Source of the DNA: Acholeplasmataceae bacterium
GTDB taxonomy: Bacteria > Bacillota_I > Bacilli_A > Acholeplasmatales > Acholeplasmataceae
Length of the DNA stretch: 64,000 nt
NCBI GenBank assembly: GCA_007692425.1
Contig: RECG01000014.1
Coordinates: 9,654 to 73,653 of the forward strand
Direction of reading: 5' to 3'
A program made the position numbers and the translations under genes. Shown piece by piece: positions 19,357 through 28,596 of the stretch. Within the stretch, counting starts at the first letter, position 1. Every line of letters starts with the position of its first letter. The notes below the pieces were generated by a model. It did not search any database. It was not told the origin of the DNA and saw only the letters and a program-made list of their open reading frames with translations.

Positions 19357-20097
19357 ATGAAAACCTATCGCATGGCAAGTTTCAATCTTCGTCTCGATCT
19401 CGAGATCGACGGCAGACACCGCTGGCAGCATCGCCTGCCGCACGTGTTGTCTTTTTTGAAACGCAGACGTCATGACATCATCGGCTTCCAGGAAGTCACA
19501 CCCAACATGTATGAGACGCTCAAGGAAGAACTCAAAGGTTATGATTATGTCGGTGATTACCGTTACTACCTTGACGAGGCCACACCCGTTTTCTACCGCA
19601 AGGACAAACTGACCCTGCTTGAGGACAAGACCTTCTGGCTATCTGATACACCGGATGAGATTTCCATCTACGAAGGCAGTTTTTTCTATCGGATCTGCAC
19701 GTACGGCATCTTTCAAACCAAAACGGGTGTCATCGCTTTTTTCAACACCCATCTCGACTATCATACCGACGACTTGAGTCTCAAGCAACTGAAAGTCATC
19801 CTCAAGGTCATTGATGATGTCCGGACGCGTTATCCGCAAGCCGGCATCGTCCTGTGCGGCGACTTCAACCAGCCACCGGGTTCACGGACGGTCGAATACG
19901 CCTCATCCAAACTGATCAAGACCTTTGATGAAGCACAACCGACGTATCATGGCTTTGGCAAGTCAGACCCGGGCGTGCTCCTTGATTATTGTTTTTATGA
20001 CCGGATACCGTACGTGAAACTCGATAGGGTCACCAAACAACCCAAGGGGACATACTTATCCGACCATTATCCGCTTGAACTGACCATCAAACAATGA
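19357..20097 (+). CDS. Endonuclease/exonuclease/phosphatase (EEP) family hydrolase
   Basis: SFNLR near the N-terminus, GFQEV, CGDFN and SDHYPL blocks typical of the EEP fold. Confidence 0.75.
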   Translation: MKTYRMASFNLRLDLEIDGRHRWQHRLPHVLSFLKRRRHDIIGFQEVTPNMYETLKEELKGYDYVGDYRYYLDEATPVFYRKDKLTLLEDKTFWLSDTPDEISIYEGSFFYRICTYGIFQTKTGVIAFFNTHLDYHTDDLSLKQLKVILKVIDDVRTRYPQAGIVLCGDFNQPPGSRTVEYASSKLIKTFDEAQPTYHGFGKSDPGVLLDYCFYDRIPYVKLDRVTKQPKGTYLSDHYPLELTIKQ

Positions 20098-20140
20098 TTT
20101 CACATGATGTTGACACCATTAAGACAAGGAAGACCTCCCC

Positions 20141-20800
20141 ATGATTTCTGATGTCATCAAGATATATAGCGAGCGATCCGCTGATTTCGTCCAATATTTT
20201 CTCCAACATCTGACACTGGTCATGACCGCCGTCCTGTTCATCACCATCATCGGACTGACGCTCGGCATCATCATGACCTACAACCGCCAGTTGGCCAACG
20301 TCGTGTTGGCCGTCACCGGTTTTTTGTATACCATCCCTTCGATTGCCATGTTCGGCTTCCTGGTCTTCATCACCGGCATCGGCAACACCAGCGCGATCAT
20401 CGCCATCGCCATTTACGGCATCCTGCCACTCGTCCGCAACACCTATGTCGGCATTAAAGAAGTCAGTCCGAACGTGATTGAAGCCGCTACCGGCATGGGT
20501 AGCACGCCCGTCCAGCTGCTGTTTCGGATCCAACTCCCGTTGGCAGCTCCGGTCATCATGGCCGGTTTCAGGACCACCGTGGTCATGACCATCGCCTTGG
20601 GCGGCATCGCCTCGTTCATCGGGGCTGGCGGCCTTGGTGTGCCGATCTGGCGCGGCATCGCCGTCAACAACCGCGCCCTGACGGTCGCGGGCAGCCTTCT
20701 GATCGCCTTGTTGGCGGTCACCGTCGACGCACTCCTCAACCTGGTTGAGAAATATATGCGAAAAAAATTATATGGAAAGCAAGAGAGGAAGAACATATGA
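20141..20800 (+). CDS. Osmoprotectant (glycine betaine/choline/carnitine type) ABC transporter permease
   Basis: A 219-aa polytopic protein with the OpuBB/OpuCB-like pattern. Followed by an Opu-type SBP and an ATPase. Confidence 0.8.
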   Translation: MISDVIKIYSERSADFVQYFLQHLTLVMTAVLFITIIGLTLGIIMTYNRQLANVVLAVTGFLYTIPSIAMFGFLVFITGIGNTSAIIAIAIYGILPLVRNTYVGIKEVSPNVIEAATGMGSTPVQLLFRIQLPLAAPVIMAGFRTTVVMTIALGGIASFIGAGGLGVPIWRGIAVNNRALTVAGSLLIALLAVTVDALLNLVEKYMRKKLYGKQERKNI

Positions 20801-21684
20801 AAAACAAACTATTGATGGTCTTGTTATTATTGTTTGCCGGCCTGATGATATCAGGTTGCCGGCAACGGGCCGACATTGTCATCGCCAGCAAGCCGATGAC
20901 CGAGCAATTCATTTTGGCTGAAATGTTGATCGCCTTGATTGAAACCCATACCGATTTATCGGTCGAGCACCGCTCAGGCATAGGTGGCGGCACCACCAAC
21001 ATCCACCCCGCCATGATCAGTGGTGACATCGACCTTTATCCCGAATACACGGGCACCGGCTGGATGCAGGTCCTACAACTGGAGTTCATCGCCGATCCGA
21101 CCGCGCTTTATCTGGCCGTCAAAGAAGCCTATGACGAGGAATTCGATATCACCTGGACCGGACTTTACGGTTTTAACAACGGCTTTGGCATTGCCATGAA
21201 GCGTTCGTTGGCCGAAAGTATGGGCATCAGCACCTACAGCGACCTCTTTGAAAAAGGTCTGGCCTTGCGTTTCGCCGCCAACTATGACTTCTATGAGCGC
21301 GAAGATGGTTATCCCGGTTTGACCGCCACCTATGGTGCCGCTTTTGATGAGACATTCGAAATGCAAATCGGACTGGTCTATACGGCCATCGGTGCCGACC
21401 AGGTCGACGTGGCCATCATCTTCACGACCGATGGACGGCTTGAACAATACGACTTGGTCGTGCTAGAAGACGACCTCAATTATTTCACGTCTTATGATGC
21501 CGCCACGCTCGTCCGCAATGAAACACTTGAAAAATTCCCGGAACTGCTCGCCGTCCTTGAGATGCTCACCGGACAAATCAGTGACGCCGAGATGACCAAC
21601 CTGAACTACCAAGTCGAAATCGAAGGCCTTGATCCCAAAGTCGTCGCGTTGAATTTCTTGAACAGCAAGGGACTGCTTGACTAG
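20797..21684 (+). CDS. Osmoprotectant ABC transporter substrate-binding lipoprotein (OpuBC/OpuCC-like)
   Basis: Lipobox LMISGC. EYTGTGW motif typical of glycine-betaine-type SBPs. ATGA overlap with the permease gene. Confidence 0.8.
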   Translation: MKNKLLMVLLLLFAGLMISGCRQRADIVIASKPMTEQFILAEMLIALIETHTDLSVEHRSGIGGGTTNIHPAMISGDIDLYPEYTGTGWMQVLQLEFIADPTALYLAVKEAYDEEFDITWTGLYGFNNGFGIAMKRSLAESMGISTYSDLFEKGLALRFAANYDFYEREDGYPGLTATYGAAFDETFEMQIGLVYTAIGADQVDVAIIFTTDGRLEQYDLVVLEDDLNYFTSYDAATLVRNETLEKFPELLAVLEMLTGQISDAEMTNLNYQVEIEGLDPKVVALNFLNSKGLLD

Positions 21685-22518
21685 ATGAACATCATCGAGA
21701 TCCGTAACCTCGACAAATCCTATGACGGCATCAATCCCGTTTTAACTGACATCACGCTTGACATCAAGGAAGGCGAGTTCGCCGTCCTTGTCGGGCCGTC
21801 CGGTTGTGGCAAGACCACGTTGCTCAAGATGATCAACAAACTCATCCCGCTGAGCGACGGGTTCATCCGCATCCACGGCAAGTTGTTATCAGAATGGGAT
21901 ACCATCGAACTACGTCGCTCAATCGGCTATGTCATCCAGCAGGTCGGTCTTTTTCCGCATCTCACCGTCCGTGCCAACATCGGCTATGTGCCATCCATCA
22001 GCGGACAAAAGCGCGACCAAACCATGACACGAATCGAAGACTTGATCCGTCTGGTCGGACTGTTGGAGACGGATCTCGACCGTTATCCGCATGAACTGTC
22101 CGGCGGGCAGGCCCAACGCATCGGCGTCGCCCGGGCGCTGGCCGCCGATCCCGCCATCATCCTGATGGACGAACCGTTCGGTGCGGTCGACGAGATCACC
22201 CGCCGGAAATTGCAAGACGAGCTCAAACACATCCACCGGACCTTGAAAAAAACCATCCTCTTCGTCACCCATGACATCGGTGAAGCCATCCGTCTGGCTG
22301 ACAAGATCGTCTTGTTCAACGAAGGCCGGATCGAACAGGCCGGCACCCCTGAAGACATGGTGTTCAAACCTGTCAACGATTATGTCCGTTCCTTCTTTGG
22401 CGTCAAAGGATTTAAGGAAAGTCTCGATGAAAATGAATTGAAGACCCTTTATGAAGCCATTTTAAATGGTACGATGACGATGACTGAAGTGCTGGAGCGA
22501 TGCCAGGCACCCAAGTAG
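21685..22518 (+). CDS. ABC transporter ATP-binding protein of the Opu-type system (short form, no CBS tandem)
   Basis: Walker A GPSGCGKTT, signature LSGGQAQR, Walker B ILMDEPF. Confidence 0.9.
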   Translation: MNIIEIRNLDKSYDGINPVLTDITLDIKEGEFAVLVGPSGCGKTTLLKMINKLIPLSDGFIRIHGKLLSEWDTIELRRSIGYVIQQVGLFPHLTVRANIGYVPSISGQKRDQTMTRIEDLIRLVGLLETDLDRYPHELSGGQAQRIGVARALAADPAIILMDEPFGAVDEITRRKLQDELKHIHRTLKKTILFVTHDIGEAIRLADKIVLFNEGRIEQAGTPEDMVFKPVNDYVRSFFGVKGFKESLDENELKTLYEAILNGTMTMTEVLERCQAPK

Positions 22519-22547
22519 GTAGTCATGGACCGGCCATGACCGAGGCG

Positions 22548-22576
22548 AAAAAAAAACACAATCATTAAAGATTGTG
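22548..22576 (-). terminator. Rho-independent terminator downstream of tRNA-Lys
   Basis: On the minus strand, CACAATC-ctttaat-GATTGTG is followed by a run of 9 T. Confidence 0.65.
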
Positions 22577-22586
22577 CGGGTTTTCA

Positions 22587-22662
22587 TGGTACCCCCTGTA
22601 GGGCTCGAACCTACGACCCACTGATTAAGAGTCAGTTGCTCTGCCAGCTGAGCTAAGGAGGC
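22587..22662 (-). tRNA. tRNA-Lys (anticodon CUU), with encoded CCA end
   Basis: The reverse complement GCCTCCTTAGCTCAGCTGGCAGAGCAACTGACTCTTAATCAGTGGGTCGTAGGTTCGAGCCCTACAGGGGGTACCA folds as a cloverleaf. The anticodon loop is CT-CTT-AA and the T-loop is GGTTCGAGCC. Confidence 0.9.
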
Positions 22663-22681
22663 GTGTATTCATTGCAAAAAT

Positions 22682-22710
22682 ATGATAACACAGCCCCCTG
22701 AAAAAGACAA
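22682..22710 (-). promoter_or_regulatory. Candidate promoter of tRNA-Lys
   Basis: Minus strand TTGTCT, 17-nt spacer, TATCAT. The -10 lies about 20 nt upstream of the mature tRNA 5' end. Confidence 0.5.
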
Positions 22711-22843
22711 GCCTTTTTCACCGGCAAACCGGCAAATCGTCATGAATGCCTGAAAACCTTCAAAACACCGTCATGGTGTTTTTTTCATCACTCATGTGTG
22801 TTATAATGACGATGAGCAAATTCATGCAAAGGGGCAGGCCCGC

Positions 22844-23332
22844 ATGTACCATTACACACTCGGTTTCATCAAACGGCAAGACCACATCCTCATGATCAAC
22901 CGCGACCATCAACCGTGGAAAGGCGCCTGGAACGGTCTAGGCGGCAAAATCAAACCCGGTGAAACACCTTTTCAAGGCATGGTTCGTGAAATCAAAGAGG
23001 AAACAGGCATTGCCATCGAAGCAACACAAATCCAAGACAAGGGCTTGTTGACCTGGAACGTCTTCAACGCCGAGGGACGTGGCCTGTATCTTTTTTTAAT
23101 CGAGGTTGCTAAAGACTTTGACTATCCGACACCAAGGCGGACGGAGGAAGGCATCCTCGAATGGAAACATGTCGACTGGATCAATGACTATGACAATGTC
23201 GGCATGGCTGCCAACATCCCTTATTTCCTGCCGACATTGTTGGTGGAAGAAGGACGCTATCACTATGATTGCCTTTTCGAGCAAGGCTTACTCAAATCCG
23301 TGTCAAAGGAGAAGATGACCGCATGTACCTAG
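22844..23332 (+). CDS. NUDIX hydrolase (MutT-like)
   Basis: Nudix box GGKIKPGETPFQGMVREIKEETG. Start moved to ATG 22844 because the listed start at 22796 overlaps the extended -10 TGTGTTATAAT (22797-22807). Confidence 0.85.
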   Translation: MYHYTLGFIKRQDHILMINRDHQPWKGAWNGLGGKIKPGETPFQGMVREIKEETGIAIEATQIQDKGLLTWNVFNAEGRGLYLFLIEVAKDFDYPTPRRTEEGILEWKHVDWINDYDNVGMAANIPYFLPTLLVEEGRYHYDCLFEQGLLKSVSKEKMTACT

Positions 23333-23787
23333 AAATCATCCTGATCAGCATGGCCATCATCCTGAGTCTGTATGTCTTCCTGCAGGCCAAGAATAAACAA
23401 AAGAAAGCACGCGTCCAGCAAGAGGCCGTGGCGCTTCTCAAATCGTTCGGGTCGGTCATCGAAGAAGCGGGGCGTACCCTGTTTGAAACCAAGCGTGGTA
23501 TTTACAAGGTCTTGTTTTACCACATTCCGCTGAATGCCGAGCTGACCATCAACAGCAAGATCAAATGGGAAATCCGTCTGATGGGCAGGTCGACTTTGGT
23601 CGACATGAGCCGTTTTTTGTCAGGACCGGAAGCCAAACTGGTCATCGTCTTTCCCATCACACAACCGATCAAACGCTATATCAATGAAAACGAAATGACC
23701 TTTGTCAAGGCCGAAGACCGCTTCCACAACATGCACGTCGTCCGTCTCTTCGAACTCAGATCGATGTTGGAGGAACACGTCTTATGA
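23323..23787 (+). CDS. Hypothetical membrane-anchored protein (one N-terminal TM helix)
   Basis: RBS AAAGGAG lies before ATG 23323. It overlaps the NUDIX stop by 10 nt. Begins MYLEIILISMAIILSLYVF. No family recognised. Confidence 0.55.
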   Translation: MYLEIILISMAIILSLYVFLQAKNKQKKARVQQEAVALLKSFGSVIEEAGRTLFETKRGIYKVLFYHIPLNAELTINSKIKWEIRLMGRSTLVDMSRFLSGPEAKLVIVFPITQPIKRYINENEMTFVKAEDRFHNMHVVRLFELRSMLEEHVL

Positions 23788-24731
23788 AAAAAGTCATCCT
23801 GTCGCTGTTGCTGGTCTTGCTTTTGGCCGGGCTCGGTGCTTGCCATCGCCCGGCTGTTGTTTATACCGACAACGAACCGTTTGTTTTGGACATCGAAGGC
23901 GACACATTGAAGATTTTACAGTTGACCGATTTTCATCTGACATTCGGCATTGACTACAACGACCAGAAAACGTTTAGGTTAATCGAAAAACTGGCCGCCC
24001 ATGACACATACGATTTGATCGTCATCACCGGTGACCTGACGATGTCCCCATCGGCCTTACGGCTCTTTCGTCAGACCATCCGCCGGATGGAAGCCATCGG
24101 CATCCCTTGGACATTTGTCTTCGGCAACCATGAGAATGACTTTCATCGTCATGAGCAGTTCATCAGGCACATCGGCCAGACCGAACATCTCTTGTTCAAG
24201 GTCGGCCCTGAACTTGAAGAAGGTGGGTTCGGTAATTTCAAGATCACGTTTACCAAGGACGGCAATCCCTTTTATCATGCCTATTTCCTTGATTCGCATA
24301 GCGAGGTCGAGGATTACACACCTGAACAAGGCAAATACGGCTATTTCAGCACCGCCCAGGTCGCATGGTATCGCGACCTGGTCAAGGATGATGCCGAGGA
24401 TTCGGTTGTGTTTACACATATTCCGCTTCGCCAGTTCATCGATCCTGTCGATTATGACGGCATCTTCAACGAAGACCAGGTCTACGCCCAAGGCATCGAT
24501 ACCGGCTTTTTTGACGCCATGCTTGAGTTTGACCGTTCCCGGGCCGTGTTTGTCGGCCATGACCACCTCAACGATTTTTCGTTCTTCCGGGAGGGGATCC
24601 TGCTGGCCTATGGACGGATCACCGGCTACAACGCCTATGGCAACCTTGAACGGGGCGGCCGTGTCATCGAGATTGATGATGCGGGCACGCTTACGACCTA
24701 TATCCTGTTGGAAAGCGAGGTCTGGTCATGA
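23784..24731 (+). CDS. Metallophosphoesterase lipoprotein (calcineurin-like phosphoesterase)
   Basis: Lipobox LAGLGAC. Motifs QLTDFH, GDLT, GNHEND and GHDHLND. Confidence 0.85.
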   Translation: MKKVILSLLLVLLLAGLGACHRPAVVYTDNEPFVLDIEGDTLKILQLTDFHLTFGIDYNDQKTFRLIEKLAAHDTYDLIVITGDLTMSPSALRLFRQTIRRMEAIGIPWTFVFGNHENDFHRHEQFIRHIGQTEHLLFKVGPELEEGGFGNFKITFTKDGNPFYHAYFLDSHSEVEDYTPEQGKYGYFSTAQVAWYRDLVKDDAEDSVVFTHIPLRQFIDPVDYDGIFNEDQVYAQGIDTGFFDAMLEFDRSRAVFVGHDHLNDFSFFREGILLAYGRITGYNAYGNLERGGRVIEIDDAGTLTTYILLESEVWS

Positions 24732-24874
24732 ACCTCAAACAACGTCTGCTCATCACCGCCGCCCTCTATTTCTGGGCGATTGTGGGTCTGTTTTTCACCG
24801 GCTCGTTTCTCCTTTTCATGCTGCCTTTGGGCGGTCTCGTCTATGTGCTGATCGGAGGGAAGAAACATGTTTGA
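24728..24874 (+). CDS. Small (48 aa) two-TM membrane protein, not in the supplied ORF track
   Basis: ATG 24728 overlaps the previous stop (ATGA). Translation MNLKQRLLITAALYFWAIVGLFFTGSFLLFMLPLGGLVYVLIGGKKHV. Its stop at 24872-24874 overlaps the next ORF's start at 24867. Confidence 0.45.
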   Translation: MNLKQRLLITAALYFWAIVGLFFTGSFLLFMLPLGGLVYVLIGGKKHV

Positions 24875-25163
24875 ACTCATGGTCGGCATCATTGTCATCA
24901 GTTTCTGGCTGGGCTTCATCGGTGGTCCTCTGGCCTTGTTCGCCCTGAGGACATACCGGGTCATCCAAGACCGTCTGGTGCTTAAAAAAGCCGTTTTTGT
25001 CTTGCTTGTCCCTTGTTCGATCGGTTACTTCCTGACCTACCGTGATGAACAAAGCCGTTTCACACGACTTTACGCAGTCGTGATGACCGTCGCTTTTGTC
25101 TTGATTGTCATCGGTGGCCTGTTATCCATCTACATGCATCTTGATCTTCATTTTATCTATTAG
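24867..25163 (+). CDS. Small (98 aa) three-TM membrane protein
   Basis: Hydrophobic ORF, translationally coupled to the preceding small ORF. No family recognised. Confidence 0.5.
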   Translation: MFELMVGIIVISFWLGFIGGPLALFALRTYRVIQDRLVLKKAVFVLLVPCSIGYFLTYRDEQSRFTRLYAVVMTVAFVLIVIGGLLSIYMHLDLHFIY

Positions 25164-25172
25164 GAGTCTGAC

Positions 25173-25685
25173 ATGTTAGTGCATATCGTCAACAAACAAC
25201 CCAACGCCCGCATGTGCTTTGTCTGCGGCACCCATAACGACCTGGGATTGAAAGCCCGTTTCTACGAACTCGAAAACGCGCAACTCCTGGGTGTCTTTAA
25301 AGGACTTGATGCCCATCAGGGCTATCCGGCCCACATGCATGGTGGCATCATCGTCGCCCTTTTGGACGAGGTCATCGCCCGTGCCATCCAAATCCATGAA
25401 CCTGACAACTGGGGCATCACCTCTGATTTGTCGGTCCGGTATGTCAAACCGGTCCCGCTCGACCAGACCTTGATGGTCGTCGGCAAGGTCACCAGAAACC
25501 GGCGTCGTCTTTTCGAGGGCGAAGCCTACATGATCGATGAATCACAAAACATCCTGGCGATGGTGACCGCCCGTTACATCAAGCGGAAAGCCGACGAGGT
25601 CTTCGCGGACGCGGCCAAGGTGGATGAACATTGGTTGTCTTTGGCGGATGACGATGATCTAAAGTCCGTCGAACTGCCGTTATGA
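25173..25685 (+). CDS. PaaI/hotdog-fold acyl-CoA thioesterase
   Basis: RBS TAGGAG. HMHGGIIVALLDEV motif typical of PaaI-family thioesterases. Confidence 0.75.
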   Translation: MLVHIVNKQPNARMCFVCGTHNDLGLKARFYELENAQLLGVFKGLDAHQGYPAHMHGGIIVALLDEVIARAIQIHEPDNWGITSDLSVRYVKPVPLDQTLMVVGKVTRNRRRLFEGEAYMIDESQNILAMVTARYIKRKADEVFADAAKVDEHWLSLADDDDLKSVELPL

Positions 25686-27226
25686 GCATCCTCGATGTCA
25701 AGGACATCACGTTCAGTTATGGTGATGAAGAACTCTACCAGAAGGCTTGCATGCGCCTGTTCGAAGGGGAACATGCCGTCCTGGTGGGACCGAACGGCAC
25801 CGGCAAGACGACGCTTTTAAAACTGCTTGACCGGTCGCTCAAACCTGATACAGGTACGATTCGTTGGCTGCCCGGCAAGCGCGTCGGCTATCTCGACCAA
25901 CATGCCAGCATCGATGGCTCACGCCTCGTCAAGGACTACCTTCACGAGGTCTTTTTGCCGCTCTTTGAAAAAGAAAAAGAGATGGAGGCGCTGTATGAAA
26001 GTCTCGTTCATCTGCCAGAAGCAGACCACGCGCGCATCCTGGTCCGGGCCTCCGCGATCGGTGATGCGTTGATCGAAGCCGATTTTTACGCCTTGACATC
26101 GAAAGTCGGTAACATCATCCACGGACTCGGCCTGACGATGGACGTTTTAGAGATGCCAATCCGGCATTTGTCAGGAGGCATGCGCGCCAAGATCATTTTA
26201 GGCAAACTGTTACTCGAAGAAGCAGACGTTTTGCTTTTGGACGAGCCGACCAATTTCCTGGATGTCCGTCACATCGAATGGCTGACCAGGTTTCTAAACA
26301 CCTATCCCAAGGCCTTCATCGTCGTCAGTCACCAAGAAGATTTCCTGGCCGCCATCGCCAATACCGTCTTCGCCCTGGAAAGCGGCCAGGTCACCCGCTA
26401 CAAAGGTGATTTCGCCTTCTATCTCAAAGAACGCGCCCTCAGACATGAACAACATGAAAAGGCGTATGAGTCGCAACAGCGCATGATTGTCGAAACCGAG
26501 GATTTCATCAAGCGTAACATTGTCCGCCAGTCAACGACGAAACGGGCCCAGAGCCGCCGCAAGATGCTTGAAAAGGTCGTTCGCCTGGCCCCACCCGTGA
26601 AAAGCAGGACCTATCATTTTCATTTTCCCATCGGCCGGTCGACCGGACGCGATGTGCTCGTGACAAACCATCTTGAAATCGGCTACGGCGACTCCTTGGT
26701 CGACCCGTTGACGCTGACCATTATGAAGCAGGAAAAAGTCGTCATCACCGGCAAGAACGGCATCGGCAAATCGACCTTTGTCAAGACCATCATGGGTGTC
26801 ATGCCAGAAATGGCGGGCACGTTCCATTGGATCGATACCGCCCAGATCGCCTATTTCGCCCAGGAGGCAGACCTTGATTCCGTGTTGACACCTTTTCAGG
26901 TCATCCATCATCATTATCCGCAGTTCACCAAGAAGGATGTCATGTCGCTTTTAGGCAACCACGGCATCGATTATGACATGGCCCATCGCCCCTTTTCAAC
27001 GCTATCAGGCGGTGAGTCGACCAAGGTCAGACTGGCCTTGCTTCGTCATCAGAAAGGCAATGTTCTGATCTTGGACGAACCGACCAACCATCTTGACGTT
27101 GAAGCGAAAGAAGCGCTCAAAGAAGCGCTCATTCAATATACAGGCACACTCATCCTAGTCTCTCATGAAAAAGAGTTCTATGACCAGATTTGTGATGTTG
27201 AGATCGCTCTTTATACCAATGACTAG
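25682..27226 (+). CDS. ABC-F family ATPase (two ABC domains, no TM domain)
   Basis: Two Walker A motifs (GPNGTGKTT, GKNGIGKST), two signatures (LSGGMRAK, LSGGESTK) and a charged linker between the domains. Confidence 0.9.
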   Translation: MSILDVKDITFSYGDEELYQKACMRLFEGEHAVLVGPNGTGKTTLLKLLDRSLKPDTGTIRWLPGKRVGYLDQHASIDGSRLVKDYLHEVFLPLFEKEKEMEALYESLVHLPEADHARILVRASAIGDALIEADFYALTSKVGNIIHGLGLTMDVLEMPIRHLSGGMRAKIILGKLLLEEADVLLLDEPTNFLDVRHIEWLTRFLNTYPKAFIVVSHQEDFLAAIANTVFALESGQVTRYKGDFAFYLKERALRHEQHEKAYESQQRMIVETEDFIKRNIVRQSTTKRAQSRRKMLEKVVRLAPPVKSRTYHFHFPIGRSTGRDVLVTNHLEIGYGDSLVDPLTLTIMKQEKVVITGKNGIGKSTFVKTIMGVMPEMAGTFHWIDTAQIAYFAQEADLDSVLTPFQVIHHHYPQFTKKDVMSLLGNHGIDYDMAHRPFSTLSGGESTKVRLALLRHQKGNVLILDEPTNHLDVEAKEALKEALIQYTGTLILVSHEKEFYDQICDVEIALYTND

Positions 27227-27249
27227 ACGAATCAAAGCGATGGATTTGT

Positions 27250-27279
27250 AGACGCATTCACAAGAATGTGTCTTTTTTT
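27250..27279 (+). terminator. Rho-independent terminator after the ABC-F gene
   Basis: AGACGCATTC-acaa-GAATGTGTCT followed by T7. Confidence 0.75.
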
Positions 27280-27441
27280 ATCAACAAGTGACAACATCAA
27301 CGGGATTGATAAGCGTTTGTGCAATGGCAGGACAGCCGTGATGGTCTGATGAGTTCACAGGTTTTCATTGACGAACTGGTCTTCGAATGTGGTAAAATGA
27401 AGATACTGGGACCGACTTTGTCAGATTGAGGTGCACATGGC

Positions 27442-28596
27442 ATGAAAGACATCTTTGATCAGATTTTCGACACTCACAAAGACACCCGTGTCTTTTTTTC
27501 ACCTGGCCGGGTCAACTTGATCGGCGAGCATATCGATTATAACGGCGGTCATGTTTTTCCAGCCGCCATCAATCTCGGCACCTATGGCATGGTCGCACCG
27601 CGTGAAGATGACCGTTTTCGTTTTTACTCGACCGGATTTTCCGGTCAAGGTGTGGTCGAACGGACACGTGACGACCTGGCCTTTCGCGAAGAAGACGGCT
27701 GGGCCAATTATGCCAAAGGCATCTTGTCCGCCCTGATTCAGGAAGGACATGCCCTCACACATGGCTTCGACCTGCTCGTCACAGGCGACCTGCCCAAAGC
27801 CTCGGGGCTTTCGAGCAGCGCGTCGCTCGAAGTGCTGGTGGCGTATATCGCCAACACCATGTATGACCTCGGGTTGTCACGTCAGGCCATCGCCTTGCTT
27901 GCTCAAGCCGTCGAAAATGACTACATGGGGATGCACTGTGGCATCATGGACCAGCTGATCATCGCCAGCGGGCAAAAGGATATGGCCTTGTTGATGAACA
28001 CGGCGACACTTGAAACCAAGGCCGTGCCAGCCCGTTTCAAAGGGTTTCAGTGGGTCATCATGGACACACGCTACCCACGCAAGACGACCGAATCGAAGTA
28101 CAACGAACGACGCCGTGAATGCGAAGCCGCGCTTCGTACCATCCAGGCTGTCAAACCTGTCAACCATTTATGCGAACTGGACCCGAACACATTTCATGAC
28201 ATCCAACACGTCATCAAAGACCCCATCTTGTTAAAACGTGCCCGCCATGCCGTCTTTGAAGAAGCCAGGACGTTGGCGGCCCAGGAAGCACTTGAAAGGC
28301 AAGATGCCATCGCTTTCGGCAAATTGCTCGACGCGTCCCATCTATCACTGAAAGAAGATTATGAGGTCACCGGCTTTCATCTTGACACGCTTGTGGCGGC
28401 AGCCCGCCAGCATGGTGCCATCGGCGCCCGTGTGACCGGTGCCGGTTTCGGCGGTTGCGCCATCGCGCTTGTATCTGATCAGGCTTTACCCGACTTTCAA
28501 GACAAGGTCGGATATGATTATCATGACATCACCGGTTTGAAGGCGGCCTTTTACCAGGTCACCTTTGAAGACGGTGTGGGAGAGATCACCATATGA
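27442..28596 (+). CDS. galK: Galactokinase
   Basis: GRVNLIGEHIDYNGG signature and the GHMP kinase motif PKASGLSSSASL. Confidence 0.95.
   Translation: MKDIFDQIFDTHKDTRVFFSPGRVNLIGEHIDYNGGHVFPAAINLGTYGMVAPREDDRFRFYSTGFSGQGVVERTRDDLAFREEDGWANYAKGILSALIQEGHALTHGFDLLVTGDLPKASGLSSSASLEVLVAYIANTMYDLGLSRQAIALLAQAVENDYMGMHCGIMDQLIIASGQKDMALLMNTATLETKAVPARFKGFQWVIMDTRYPRKTTESKYNERRRECEAALRTIQAVKPVNHLCELDPNTFHDIQHVIKDPILLKRARHAVFEEARTLAAQEALERQDAIAFGKLLDASHLSLKEDYEVTGFHLDTLVAAARQHGAIGARVTGAGFGGCAIALVSDQALPDFQDKVGYDYHDITGLKAAFYQVTFEDGVGEITI

Noticed and set aside
22519-22843. Genomic-island or integration signature at tRNA-Lys.
   Set aside because: No integrase, no duplicated tRNA 3' end and no compositional shift next to the tRNA. 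The neighbouring genes are ordinary.
27296-27325. cre/GalR-like sequence TTGATAAGCGTTTGTGCAA upstream of galK.
   Set aside because: Only the central AAGCGTTT resembles the LacI-family core. The arms are not palindromic, and the central CG is out of register with the cre consensus.
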